Shown here piece after piece: positions 24,628 to 33,968 of a DNA stretch of 64,000 nucleotides. Each line of letters starts with the position of its first letter. The stretch's first letter is position 1. The DNA comes from Dehalococcoidia bacterium (GTDB lineage: Bacteria; Chloroflexota; Dehalococcoidia; Lucifugimonadales; UBA3495): assembly GCA_965205495.1 (NCBI GenBank), contig CBDBHA010000002.1, forward strand, positions 1,782,326 to 1,846,325, given 5' to 3'. The notes beneath the pieces were generated by a model. It worked only from the letters and a program-made list of their open reading frames with translations, was not told where the DNA came from and ran no database searches. Made by a program: the position numbers and the translations under genes.

Positions 24628-25561
24628 GAGGTGGGGATTCCTGGCGGCAGTAGCGGGTGGCGGGTTGCTGTGGCTGGCCGCCGGCGGTACCGCGTATGCC
24701 CACGGGGGAGTGGAACCGGGGGAGAACATCTGGGCGGCCTGGAACTCCAACCCACTGCCCAGCCTAGCCCTCTTTTTGGTGGCGTTCCTTTACATCAACG
24801 GGTTGAACAAGTGGCAGCAGCCCAGCCACCCCATCGCCCCCTGGCAGAAGATATGTTTTTTCGCGGGGTTGCTGGCCATTTTCCTAGCGTTGCAGTCGCC
24901 CATCGACCCGTTGGCGGAACACCAGCTTTCCATTCACCAGGTACAACACCTGCTGCTGCGGATGATTGGACCGCTCTTGGTGCTGGCCGGAGCGCCGTTG
25001 ACTCCCATGCTGCGGGGGCTGCCTCTGTGGGTGCGGCAGGGGTTTGTGCGCCCCTTGGTGCGGACCTGGATCGCCCATCGGGTTTACGGAATAATCACCA
25101 ACCCGATAGTCACCACGGTGGCCTTTTTGGGAACGCTTTACCTGTGGCAGGTGCCAAACCTGCACAACCTGGCGGTGCGGAACGACCTGGTCCACGAGTT
25201 TATGCACATCACCATGCTGACCTCCGGGTTCCTATTCTGGTGGCTGGTAATCGACCCCAAGCCTCACCGGTCCCGGCTGCACCACGGGCTGCGGGTGCTG
25301 TACCTGGGCCTCATCGTGATTCCCAACACTCTGCTGGGAGCGGGGATCACGTTTAACTCGGAGCTGATTTACGAAGCCTATTACGAGTACCCCCAGCCCT
25401 TTGGGATGGCGCCTTTGACCGACCAGCAATTGGGCGGGTTGCTGTTGTGGGTAGTTGGCGACATGATGAGCATTATCACCGCAGGAGTGGTGATGATCAT
25501 GTGGTACCAGAAAGACCCGGGGGCGCACCAAGAAGACCAGTGGGACCCCACGTCGAGCTAA
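24608..25561 (+). CDS. ctaG: cytochrome c oxidase assembly factor CtaG (Caa3_CtaG family) membrane protein
   Basis: 317 aa, polytopic. HQVQHLLLRMIGPLLVLAG and HEFMHITMLTSGFLFWW are blocks typical of the Caa3_CtaG family. Confidence 0.75.
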   Translation: MQPLNNKRWGFLAAVAGGGLLWLAAGGTAYAHGGVEPGENIWAAWNSNPLPSLALFLVAFLYINGLNKWQQPSHPIAPWQKICFFAGLLAIFLALQSPIDPLAEHQLSIHQVQHLLLRMIGPLLVLAGAPLTPMLRGLPLWVRQGFVRPLVRTWIAHRVYGIITNPIVTTVAFLGTLYLWQVPNLHNLAVRNDLVHEFMHITMLTSGFLFWWLVIDPKPHRSRLHHGLRVLYLGLIVIPNTLLGAGITFNSELIYEAYYEYPQPFGMAPLTDQQLGGLLLWVVGDMMSIITAGVVMIMWYQKDPGAHQEDQWDPTSS

Positions 25562-25657
25562 AGGGAAGCGGGGGGGCAAAAGGCCGCTTGACCCGGCTTA
25601 TCGACGAATCTAGGATATTTCGGAACATCGACCATTCCAGATTTTAGGAGGAACGGT

Positions 25658-26773
25658 TTGGAGAGCACGGGGGAGCGTCCCGAACCCAAATTTGACTGGT
25701 TCATCCCCATTGACGGCGACGGTGAACACGCGGGAACGATGGAGGCGCAACGGCCGCCCACCTTTGAATACCTGCGGCAAGTGGTGCAGACGGCAGAGGA
25801 CCTGGGATTTTACTCGCTGTTGATACCCACCCGCTTCGCCAACGGGTTGTTTTCGGAAGAAGCTCCGCTGGCGGAGACCTGGACCACGGCGACGGCCCTG
25901 GCGGCGGTGACGCAGCGCATCCGGTTTTTGGTGGCGGTCAGGCCGGGGTTCATTACCCTGGGGCTGTTCGCCCAGATGGCGGCGGCGTTTCACCAGATTT
26001 CCGGCGGGCGGCTGGACTTGAACATCGTCCCCGGTGGTATCCAGAACGACTTGGAGCGGCTGGGGGAGGTCAGCGACCAGGCCACCCGGTACGAGCGGGC
26101 CGAAGAATTCATAGACGCTTGCCGGACCCTATGGGAAGGGCCGGGGCCAGCCCACTATGAAGGACGATTTTACCGGTTGCAGGGGGCGTACTGTTCGCCA
26201 TCGCCGCAGGATGGGGGTCCCAAGTTCTACCTGGGAGGAGTGTCGGAGCGGGCCATGGGGCTGTCGGCGCGGCAGGCGGACGTTCACCTGGGCTGGATTG
26301 AGCCGTTGGAACAAACGGCCGGCAGGTTGGAGTCTTTGCGGGAGCAATTCCAGCAGACCGGGCGGACGCCTTTTTTCGGGATTCGCACCCATCTGGTGGT
26401 GCGGGACACGGAAGAAGAAGCGTGGCGGGCAGCGGATGAACTGATCGCCCAAGCGGACCCTCGGGTGAAGGCCCAACGGCGGTCGGCGACGGAAGGGGCG
26501 CCGATGGTGGGAGTGCAGGCCCAATCCCGCAAGGCTCCCGACCACCGGCTGGGACCCCGGCTGTGGAACGGGTTGTCGGAAGTGCGGGTCAACTGCGGCA
26601 GCGCGTTGGTGGGCACCCCGGAGCAGGTCGCGGACGAGTTGCTGGAGTATTGGAAGCTGGGGCTGGACGAGTTCATCCTGTCCGGGTTTCCCCACGTTGA
26701 GGAATGCCACCGGACGGCGGCCCAGGTCCTGCCTTTGTTGAAGGAAAAGGTGGCGGCGGAGCGGGACAAGTAG
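25658..26773 (+). CDS. LLM-class flavin-dependent oxidoreductase (SsuD/alkanesulfonate monooxygenase-like)
   Basis: 371 aa. TTG start 6 nt after AGGAGG. Luciferase-like TIM-barrel pattern (FDWFIPIDGD.., LGFYSLLIPT, LNIVPGG). Confidence 0.85.
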   Translation: MESTGERPEPKFDWFIPIDGDGEHAGTMEAQRPPTFEYLRQVVQTAEDLGFYSLLIPTRFANGLFSEEAPLAETWTTATALAAVTQRIRFLVAVRPGFITLGLFAQMAAAFHQISGGRLDLNIVPGGIQNDLERLGEVSDQATRYERAEEFIDACRTLWEGPGPAHYEGRFYRLQGAYCSPSPQDGGPKFYLGGVSERAMGLSARQADVHLGWIEPLEQTAGRLESLREQFQQTGRTPFFGIRTHLVVRDTEEEAWRAADELIAQADPRVKAQRRSATEGAPMVGVQAQSRKAPDHRLGPRLWNGLSEVRVNCGSALVGTPEQVADELLEYWKLGLDEFILSGFPHVEECHRTAAQVLPLLKEKVAAERDK

Positions 26774-26891
26774 TCAAAACGCCGAGGCAGGGGCTATTTG
26801 CCTGCGCCGTTGGCGTGTGGTAAATTGACTCCAAGCTAGGATGCGACTGAACGTAGACCCCCGGAAAGGGTTAGGCCGCAAGGAGAGTTGA

Positions 26892-27077
26892 ATGGCATAC
26901 GTAACGCCTAGAGAGGGAGAGAGCCCGGAGAGCCTGGTTAACCGTTTTCGGGCATCAGTACAGCACGCAGGGATCTTGCGGGAACTGAAGGACCGGCGGT
27001 TTTTCCGGTCCAAGGCGCAAAAGGAGCGGTTGGCCGCGCAACGTGCCGCTAGGCGCCGCCGCCGGCAGCGCCGGTAG
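26892..27077 (+). CDS. rpsU: 30S ribosomal protein S21
   Basis: 61 aa. ESLVNRFRASVQHAGILRELKDRRFF.SK.QKERL with an Arg-rich tail. AAGGAGAG precedes the ATG. Confidence 0.9.
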   Translation: MAYVTPREGESPESLVNRFRASVQHAGILRELKDRRFFRSKAQKERLAAQRAARRRRRQRR

Positions 27078-27102
27078 GCTGCAAAACCCAGGCAAATAAT
27101 TA

Positions 27103-27131
27103 GGGGCCCTCACCAGGGCCCTTTTTCTTTT
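27103..27131. terminator. Rho-independent terminator after rpsU, possibly bidirectional
   Basis: GGGGCCCT-cacc-AGGGCCCT followed by TTTTCTTTT. The convergent MBL-fold gene ends at 27159. Confidence 0.8.
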
Positions 27132-27158
27132 GGGACTTGAAACGAAGAGGGCGCGAGA

Positions 27159-28034
27159 TTAAACCGGGATACGCATCAGCTCTTCGGAAAAGACCACTTG
27201 GCCGTCGTAGACGCGGCTGATGTCACCAATTCCTTTTTCCATGGGGCCGTGTCCGGCCAGGTGGGGGCCGACGTGGACCAGGACCAGTTTTTTGACTCCG
27301 GCATCTTGCGCCAGTTGGGCGGCGCCCAGCGTGCCGCATTGGCCGTTGGACTCCCCATTTTGGTCCATCACTTCCTGGTCATCCCAGCACATGCAGAGCA
27401 TGGTATCGGCTCCCTGGGCCAGCGCGGCCACCGAAGCGCAGGGTTGGGTATCGCCGGTGACCACCACGCTGCCTTCGGAGGAGTCCAGGCGGTAAGCCAG
27501 GGAATCCAGATAAGGCTGGACGTGCTCCGCGGGGGCGGCGGTTACCTGCCAATCGTTGCCGCTGAACACGAGACCCGGCCCGACGTCCCGGGCGGAAACC
27601 GACGGCGCCGGGCGGGGCAGGGAACCGCCCCGGTTCACGTGGACCCGCTGGCTCAGGGGATGGTTGACCCGGGCCTTCCAGTCGTGGGAGAAGAGGCCGT
27701 CCTCACCCAGGATGCCCTCGGTAATTTTCTCGGTCAGGTCTGGTCCGAAGACCTGGAGCCGGTTTTCCTTGCCGATGCTCTGGTCCCAACGGCAGAGGAG
27801 GAAGCAGGGATAGTCGATGTCGTGGTCAAAGTGGTGGTGGGTGAAGAAAAGATAATCGACCTGGGTGGGGAAGAAGCCAGCTTGGACCAGCTTGTGGGTG
27901 GCGGCGGGGCCGCAGTCGAACATTACCAGGTCTTGGCCCACCTTGAGGACGTGGGAACTACCGAACCGGGTTGGCGTGGGGGTGGGGGTACCGGCGCCGA
28001 GGGTGATTATCTCAGCCATGATCCAAGAACTCAC
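27159..28034 (-). CDS. MBL-fold metallo-hydrolase (RNase Z/arylsulfatase-like)
   Basis: 291 aa. FTHHHFDH metal motif. An alternative start MAEIITLGAG at 28019 overlaps the upstream hydrolase stop. Confidence 0.8.
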   Translation of the reverse strand: MSSWIMAEIITLGAGTPTPTPTRFGSSHVLKVGQDLVMFDCGPAATHKLVQAGFFPTQVDYLFFTHHHFDHDIDYPCFLLCRWDQSIGKENRLQVFGPDLTEKITEGILGEDGLFSHDWKARVNHPLSQRVHVNRGGSLPRPAPSVSARDVGPGLVFSGNDWQVTAAPAEHVQPYLDSLAYRLDSSEGSVVVTGDTQPCASVAALAQGADTMLCMCWDDQEVMDQNGESNGQCGTLGAAQLAQDAGVKKLVLVHVGPHLAGHGPMEKGIGDISRVYDGQVVFSEELMRIPV

Positions 28035-28866
28035 GAATCTCGGCCAGGACCAGGCCGGGGTGTTCCATGGGTACGAAATGGGAACCCCGGGGCAGGGGTT
28101 TGAGCTGAAAGGAGGGAGTCTCGCGGATTAGGTGCTGCACGGCGGCGTCCTGCTCGGTTTGGGCGCCGTCGTAGTTCCCGACCAAGAGACGATAACGGCC
28201 TTTGAGCCCGCGAAGGATAGCGGCGGGGTCCAAATCCACACGGCTCTCGTAGAAGGCGGCTTCGGCGTCGTTGGGGCATTTCAACTCGGCGCGTCCGTCT
28301 TCGAGGAGGCGGGTACCCCCTTGGATGTAGTCGTTAAAGACCTCGTCGGTCCAGGGTTGGAAGACGCGGCGGCCCCGGTAGGCTTGGTACATGGCCTCGC
28401 GGCTGTCCCAAATGAGCCGTTTTTGGGCCGTGCGCTCCATGCGCTGCACCCGTTCTTCGGGAGAGAGCATCATCATGGGGCTGGCGCCCACGCGGGTGTC
28501 GACCAGGACCACCTTGTCGACGAGGCCGGGGAACATGCTGTCGGCGATGAGCAGGGACATGCCGCCGGCGGAGTGGCCGATGCCCCAGGGACGGTCGAGT
28601 TCGAGCGCCTGAATTAGCGCGGCGGTGTCGGAGCCAATCTGGTGAAAGGTATAGCCCTGGCCGGGGTTATCAGTGTCGCCGTGGGCACGCAGGTCGGGGC
28701 AGAGGACGTAGTAGTCCCGGGCTAAGTCCCGGGCCATGACGTTCCAGACCTGTGCGCAAAAACCGATGGCGTGAACCATTACCACCGGCTGGTTTTCAGG
28801 GCTGCCCCAAGCGAGATAGTGGTGGCGGATGCCGTTGGCCGCGACAAACTTGCTTTCCGGTTCCAA
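28012..28866 (-). CDS. alpha/beta-fold hydrolase
   Basis: 284 aa. HG-type oxyanion region (VVMVHAIGF), nucleophile elbow GHSAGG and a C-terminal His (GSHFVPMEHP). Confidence 0.85.
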   Translation of the reverse strand: MEPESKFVAANGIRHHYLAWGSPENQPVVMVHAIGFCAQVWNVMARDLARDYYVLCPDLRAHGDTDNPGQGYTFHQIGSDTAALIQALELDRPWGIGHSAGGMSLLIADSMFPGLVDKVVLVDTRVGASPMMMLSPEERVQRMERTAQKRLIWDSREAMYQAYRGRRVFQPWTDEVFNDYIQGGTRLLEDGRAELKCPNDAEAAFYESRVDLDPAAILRGLKGRYRLLVGNYDGAQTEQDAAVQHLIRETPSFQLKPLPRGSHFVPMEHPGLVLAEIREFLDHG

Positions 28867-28951
28867 TTAGACCTCCCGGCTTTTGGGTTGGCCGAAACAG
28901 TCTAGGATTAGCGGTTATCGCTGTCAAACGGAGGGTTGGCGGAGCGGGGTC

Positions 28952-29108
28952 TTTTAATTGTTGTTGTGGGGAGTTTGGGCCGACTAGTCCAGGGCAAACC
29001 GGCTGGCGGCGATGGATTTTAGATTCCTCCCTACGGTCGGAATGACAGGTGAGGGGGTTGGGGTGACATTGGGCAGGGGGCTGGAAGCGGCATTTGGGGA
29101 GAATTAAA
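28952..29108 (+). repeat. repeat family F2, long copy, followed by a 15-nt F1 left-end fragment at 29125-29139
   Basis: Near-identical to 21830-21983 by eye, then CAGGACGATGGGTGC. Confidence 0.85.
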
Positions 29109-29145
29109 AGACGGTGCCGGTGGGCAGGACGATGGGTGCATTGCG

Positions 29146-29174
29146 TTGACACTGCCTGGGGGCTTTGGTAAATT
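29146..29174 (+). promoter_or_regulatory. sigma70-like promoter of the FmdB-family gene
   Basis: TTGACA (29146-51), 17 nt, TAAATT (29169-74). Confidence 0.5.
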
Positions 29175-29240
29175 TATGATCGAACTTATTGGGAACGAAA
29201 ATAGGCCGTTTCCAGCCATGAGCGCCATAGGAGGCCTGGA

Positions 29241-29549
29241 TTGCCACGATACGATTACCAGTGTGTTAGCTGTGGGCACGAGTTTGAACTGAGGCAAAGT
29301 TTCAAGGAAGCCGGAGCGGGGACCTGCCCCTCTTGCTCCGGTGAAGGGCGGCGGGTCTTTCACGCCGTTCCGGTGATTTACAAGGGTTCCGGGTTCTACA
29401 CCACCGACTACGGCCGGCCGAAGACGCCGGCCGAAAACGGGAAAGAGAACAAGGAAGCTAAGGAATCTTCGGAAAGCAAGTCTTCGACGAAGACGGACAC
29501 CAAGAGCGACACCGCCACAACCCCCACGCCCAGCGAGGCCAAGAACTAA
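29241..29549 (+). CDS. FmdB-family zinc-ribbon protein (CxxC..CxxC) with a low-complexity K/E/S/T tail
   Basis: 102 aa. MPRYDYQCVSCGHEFE...CPSC..V.R.F is the FmdB/CxxC_CxxC_SSSS pattern. GGAGG lies 6 nt before the TTG. Confidence 0.8.
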   Translation: MPRYDYQCVSCGHEFELRQSFKEAGAGTCPSCSGEGRRVFHAVPVIYKGSGFYTTDYGRPKTPAENGKENKEAKESSESKSSTKTDTKSDTATTPTPSEAKN

Positions 29550-29667
29550 TTTCCAGTCGGAACACTGGAACCCTGACGCAGCGGGCGGTTGGAAAATCAC
29601 CCGCTGTTTTCATGTTTGCGCCAACCCTGATTCCCACGGCCAAATCCTTTTCGCGGGGGGAGTAACG

Positions 29668-30129
29668 TTGCGGGCGCTGGTGCAACGGGTTTCCAACGCT
29701 TCGGTTTTGGTTGACGGCCAGGAAATCGGGGCCATCGGGGCCGGATTGGTGGTGCTGTTGGGAGTGGCCGAGGGGGACACCGAGGACGATGCCCGTTACC
29801 TGGTGGAAAAGATTTCCAACCTGAGAATCTTCGCCGACCAGAGCAATCGTTTCAACCTATCGGCCCTGGACACCGGCGGGGAGTTGTTGGTGGTGAGCCA
29901 GTTCACTCTTTATGCCGATACCAGAAAGGGCAGGCGGCCCAACTTCAGCCGGGCCGCCGGTCCCGAAGATGCGGAAAGGCTCTACGAGAAGACGGTGCAC
30001 CTCTTGCGGGAAACTCCGTTGAAAGTGGAAACGGGCCGGTTCCAGGAGTACATGCAAGTGCGGCTGGAGAACGACGGCCCGGTTACGATTATGCTGGACA
30101 GCGCCGACCGGCAGCGGCCCCGGCGTTAG
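29668..30129 (+). CDS. dtd: D-aminoacyl-tRNA deacylase
   Basis: 153 aa. MRALVQRVSNASV..., VVSQFTLYADTRKGRRP and GPVTIMLDS are the Dtd signature. Confidence 0.93.
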   Translation: MRALVQRVSNASVLVDGQEIGAIGAGLVVLLGVAEGDTEDDARYLVEKISNLRIFADQSNRFNLSALDTGGELLVVSQFTLYADTRKGRRPNFSRAAGPEDAERLYEKTVHLLRETPLKVETGRFQEYMQVRLENDGPVTIMLDSADRQRPRR

Positions 30130-30660
30130 CTAACGGTGCCAGCCCATGCCTAGGAATAGGCCCCGCAAATAGGCGATTTGCCCGCCATGGGCCACAGCGT
30201 CCCAGGTCATCTGGCCCAGGGCGGCGGCCACGGTGCGGGGTTCTTCGACGGGCGGGATAACCTTGGTGACCGCCAGGTCGTCCAGAGACAGGCCGGACAT
30301 ATATGCCCGGGCGGCGGCCTTCACCGCCTGGTAATAGCCAAGTTGGACGTCCTTCGAGGGCGGAGTCCAGGCGGCGACCTGACCGGCGGTCCAGCCCACG
30401 CCCCGGTCCGCCGGGTTGTCGGCCATGCCGTATTTTTCGTGCCAGCCGTCCCGGTCCCAGACTTGCTGGACATCCTGCAGGCGGGTGTGGATGAAGGTAT
30501 CAACCACGCGATTCATGTGCCACATAATCCAGGCGACCGAGTTGCATTGGTCGGCCGGGAGGCGGGCCATCAGCGCGTCGTCCATGTCTACCAAGGCGGC
30601 GTCAATCATGTCCCAATTGCGGATGTGGGCGGTCAAAAGGCCTTCGGCGGGAGCCGGCAT
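30130..30660 (-). CDS. DinB-family (four-helix-bundle metal-dependent) protein
   Basis: 176 aa. WIMWHMNRVVD and AHGGQIAYLRG are the His-triad pattern of the DinB_2-like family. Confidence 0.75.
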   Translation of the reverse strand: MPAPAEGLLTAHIRNWDMIDAALVDMDDALMARLPADQCNSVAWIMWHMNRVVDTFIHTRLQDVQQVWDRDGWHEKYGMADNPADRGVGWTAGQVAAWTPPSKDVQLGYYQAVKAAARAYMSGLSLDDLAVTKVIPPVEEPRTVAAALGQMTWDAVAHGGQIAYLRGLFLGMGWHR

Positions 30661-30707
30661 TTTCTTTCTCCTGGGAGTTGGGTTGGTTTAAGACCATAAC
30701 CGGCCCG

Positions 30708-31256
30708 TTAGTCGGAGATTTCGGGAGAGACGCCATCCGGCAGGTCGACCTCGAAGGCGGCCAGGATTTGGCCTACCAGCAGATAGTGGCCGATCAGGGC
30801 AGTTATTTCCACGGTCTTGGATACCCCGTACTTGTCCTTGACGGCGGCGTAGGTAGCATCGCTGACCTTGCGATTCTGGAGCAGTTCCTTGGCGTAGGTT
30901 ACCAAGAGGGCCTCTTCGCCGGTGAGTCCGTCGGGGGCGGTGCCGTTGGCGATGCGGGAGATGGTGTCGTCGGAAACGCCGGCCTGACGGGCCAATCGGG
31001 CGTGGGCCGAGAACTCGTATTGGTTCTTAATCTCCCGGGCGGTGGTGATGATGACGGTTTCCTTGAGGGACTCGGGGAGGTCGAGGTTGAAACGGACGTA
31101 ACTGCCGGTGTGGGCAACCCGGGCCGCCAGGTCGGGACTGTGGAGCAGCACGCCATAGGGGCCGCGAACGCTGCCCCGGCTGTCGGCGATAGAGTCGTAG
31201 AATTGTTGCTCGTGGGGTTGCAGTTCTTCGCGGGCAACGTTGTTCAATCGGGCCAT
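30708..31256 (-). CDS. carboxymuconolactone decarboxylase (AhpD-like) family protein
   Basis: 182 aa. Paralog of the 12001 gene, with the same length and the same C-terminal ..FEVDLPDGV. Confidence 0.8.
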   Translation of the reverse strand: MARLNNVAREELQPHEQQFYDSIADSRGSVRGPYGVLLHSPDLAARVAHTGSYVRFNLDLPESLKETVIITTAREIKNQYEFSAHARLARQAGVSDDTISRIANGTAPDGLTGEEALLVTYAKELLQNRKVSDATYAAVKDKYGVSKTVEITALIGHYLLVGQILAAFEVDLPDGVSPEISD

Positions 31257-31416
31257 GGGTCAGCCTCCTGTGTTGGCTTGTTGTTGGTGATGAAAACGCG
31301 GGAAAGTCCAGAGATTCCGGCCTAATGATAGCGGGTGGGAACAAAGCTGTCGAATAAAAGACTGGGTTCGTAGAAGCCGCAGGTTGGGTCGCAGAGGTTA
31401 GAGAATACGGTTGGGG

Positions 31417-32277
31417 TCAGTCGAACTCCAAGTCCAAGCTGATGTCCAGGGCTTGGACCGAATGGGTGAGGGCGCCGATGGAAATTAGGTCAACGCCGGT
31501 TTCGGCGACGGCGCGAACTGTTTCCAGGTTGATGCCTCCGGAAGCCTCCACCACGGCGCGGCCATCGACGATATTCATCGCCTCCTGCATCGTGGGGACG
31601 GGCATGTTATCCAGCATGATGATATGGGCCCCGGCGTCGAGGACTTCCCGCAACTGGTCCAGGGATTCGACCTCAACTTCAACTTTGATGGTGTGGGAGG
31701 CGCGTTGGAGAGCCAGCCGCACCACGTCGCCCAACCCCATCTCCTTAGACCGGAGGGCTTCGATGTGATTGTCCTTGATTAAAATTCCGTCGGCCAGGTT
31801 GAGGCGGTGGTTGTAGCCGCCGCCCATGCGGACGGAGTATTTGTCCAGGAAGCGGTGACCCGGAGCGGTCTTCCGGGTGTCCACTATACGGGCCGGGCAA
31901 CCCTGGACCGCCTGGACATAGCGGTTGGTGTCGCTGGCGATGCCACTCATGCGCTGAAGGAAATTAAGGGCGACCCGCTCGGCCCGCAGGATGCTGGCGG
32001 CGCTGCCCCGCACCTGGGCAATATCGACCCCGGGGGAAAGGGGCGAGCCGTCTTCCAGCAGGATTACGGAGTCCAAGGCGGGGTCGATTCGTTGAAAGAC
32101 CGATTGGGCAACCGCTCCACCGGCCAAAACACCCACGGCCTTGGCGCGAAGCATACCCACGGCGGTGACTTCCGGGGGAACGAGGGTGGCGGTGGTGGGG
32201 TCGTTGAAGGTCTGGTCTTCCGACAAAGCGGCATCGATCAACCTGTAGACTTCGGGGGGCAGTTGATTAACCATCAA
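31417..32277 (-). CDS. nadC: nicotinate-nucleotide pyrophosphorylase (carboxylating)
   Basis: 286 aa. RVALNFLQRMSGIA, DTRKT.PG.R and IMLDNM motifs. Confidence 0.95.
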   Translation of the reverse strand: MMVNQLPPEVYRLIDAALSEDQTFNDPTTATLVPPEVTAVGMLRAKAVGVLAGGAVAQSVFQRIDPALDSVILLEDGSPLSPGVDIAQVRGSAASILRAERVALNFLQRMSGIASDTNRYVQAVQGCPARIVDTRKTAPGHRFLDKYSVRMGGGYNHRLNLADGILIKDNHIEALRSKEMGLGDVVRLALQRASHTIKVEVEVESLDQLREVLDAGAHIIMLDNMPVPTMQEAMNIVDGRAVVEASGGINLETVRAVAETGVDLISIGALTHSVQALDISLDLEFD

Positions 32278-33827
32278 TCTCCCTCTTGGCGAATTAAGAT
32301 GTGCTTTTCCCAGTCCGGGGAGGGTTCGGGGAAGTCCTCCCGGAAATGGGAGCCCCGGCTTTCCTTACGCAACAAGGCGGCCTCGACCATCAGCCTTCCA
32401 AGCAGGACCATGTTGCAGAGTTCGTAGTCGTCCCGGGCTTCGGTGGCAGGGAGGGTCCGCTGCCAGGCCTGAAGGATGCGGGCGGACAACAGGAGGCGGG
32501 TACCCCGGCGGTTGATGCCGACGTTACGCCACATAAGGTCTTGAAGAGCTTCGCGGCTGACAGTGGGGAGGTTGTTGCAGACCAGTTGGCGGGACTGCAA
32601 CCCGGCCTGAACATCCGCCGCGCGGCCCTCCGGTCCGGCCGGAGCTTGGCCCAGGGTGCTGGCCACCAAGCGTTGAGCGAATACCAAGGTGTCGAGGAGG
32701 GAGTTGCTGGCCAGGCGGTTGGCGCCGTGGACGGCGGAGCAAGCGGCCTCGCCACAAGCGTAGAGGCCAGGAACGTTGGAACGGCCCCAGGTGTCGATTT
32801 TGATGCCGCCCATCATGTAGTGGGCGGCGGGAGCCACCGGGACCGGTTCCTTGGTAATGTCCAATCCATAGTCCAGGCAGAACTTATAGATGGTGGGGAA
32901 CCGGCTTTGGACATTTTCGGAGGGAAGATGGGATATGTCCAGGAAGACCGGATCGCCCTGGTTGCGTTCAATCTCTGCGGCGACAGCCCGGGAGACCACA
33001 TCCCGGGGAGCCAGGTCGGCCAAGGGATGATAGGCGTCCATGAATGCCTGTCCCGCCGGATTCCGCAAAATTGCGCCTTCGCCGCGCATGGCCTCGGAGA
33101 GCAAGAAGGTGGGCGCGCCTTCCAACCACAAGGCGGTGGGGTGAAACTGGTAAAACTCCAGGTCCATGACCCGGGCTCCAGCGGAGAAGGCCAGGGAAAC
33201 CCCGTCGCCGGTAGCCACCAAGGGGTTGGTGGTGAACCGGTAGAGTTGGCCGGCGCCGCCAGTGGCGATGACCACGAACCGGGCAGTAAAGGAACGGTTT
33301 TGGCCGGTATTGCCGTCGAGGGTTTCCACTCCGGCGACTTGCCCGTCCACCGTGAGGAGGCGGGTTGCCAGGGTGAAATCGCGGACCTCAATGTTGGACT
33401 CGGCCACCAGGGCGGCGAGGGTCAACTCGATATGCTGGCCGGTGGCGTCACCGCCCGCGTGAAGGATGCGGGGGAGGCTGTGGGCACCTTCCCGCCCCAG
33501 GGACACCTGACCCTGGCTGGTGTCGAAAGGGATGCCCCATTGGATCAGGTTGGCAACCCGCTGGGGGCCTTCTCCGGTGAGAACCTCCACCGCTTCGGGG
33601 TCACAAAGACCGGCGCCGGCAACCAGGGTGTCGCGTTGGTGCAGCAGGGGGGAGTCGCCCGGGCCAACGGCGGCGGCGATTCCGCCCTGGGCGTAACGGG
33701 TGTTGCAGTCGTCCACCGCCCCTTTGGTTAGAATCAGCACCGAGCCGTGCTCCCGAGCCAAGAGGGCGGTGTTGAGGCCCGCAATGCCGCTGCCAATGAT
33801 TATGTAATCGTAATCTGGGCTGATCAT
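32274..33827 (-). CDS. nadB: L-aspartate oxidase
   Basis: 517 aa. IIIGSGIAGL FAD motif, YAQGGIAA, FHPT and RGEG blocks. Overlaps nadC by 4 nt. Confidence 0.95.
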   Translation of the reverse strand: MISPDYDYIIIGSGIAGLNTALLAREHGSVLILTKGAVDDCNTRYAQGGIAAAVGPGDSPLLHQRDTLVAGAGLCDPEAVEVLTGEGPQRVANLIQWGIPFDTSQGQVSLGREGAHSLPRILHAGGDATGQHIELTLAALVAESNIEVRDFTLATRLLTVDGQVAGVETLDGNTGQNRSFTARFVVIATGGAGQLYRFTTNPLVATGDGVSLAFSAGARVMDLEFYQFHPTALWLEGAPTFLLSEAMRGEGAILRNPAGQAFMDAYHPLADLAPRDVVSRAVAAEIERNQGDPVFLDISHLPSENVQSRFPTIYKFCLDYGLDITKEPVPVAPAAHYMMGGIKIDTWGRSNVPGLYACGEAACSAVHGANRLASNSLLDTLVFAQRLVASTLGQAPAGPEGRAADVQAGLQSRQLVCNNLPTVSREALQDLMWRNVGINRRGTRLLLSARILQAWQRTLPATEARDDYELCNMVLLGRLMVEAALLRKESRGSHFREDFPEPSPDWEKHILIRQEGD

Positions 33828-33968
33828 GGGCCGGATAACCCCGCTTGAAGGGCAGAGACCCGTTAAGTTGGGGGCATTATATACGAATCCCCCGGCGTCT
33901 TCCTGACCTGGCCCGGGGGATAATTTAAGAACGGGTTGACGGACGGGGACGGCGAAGCGCCCGGATTT

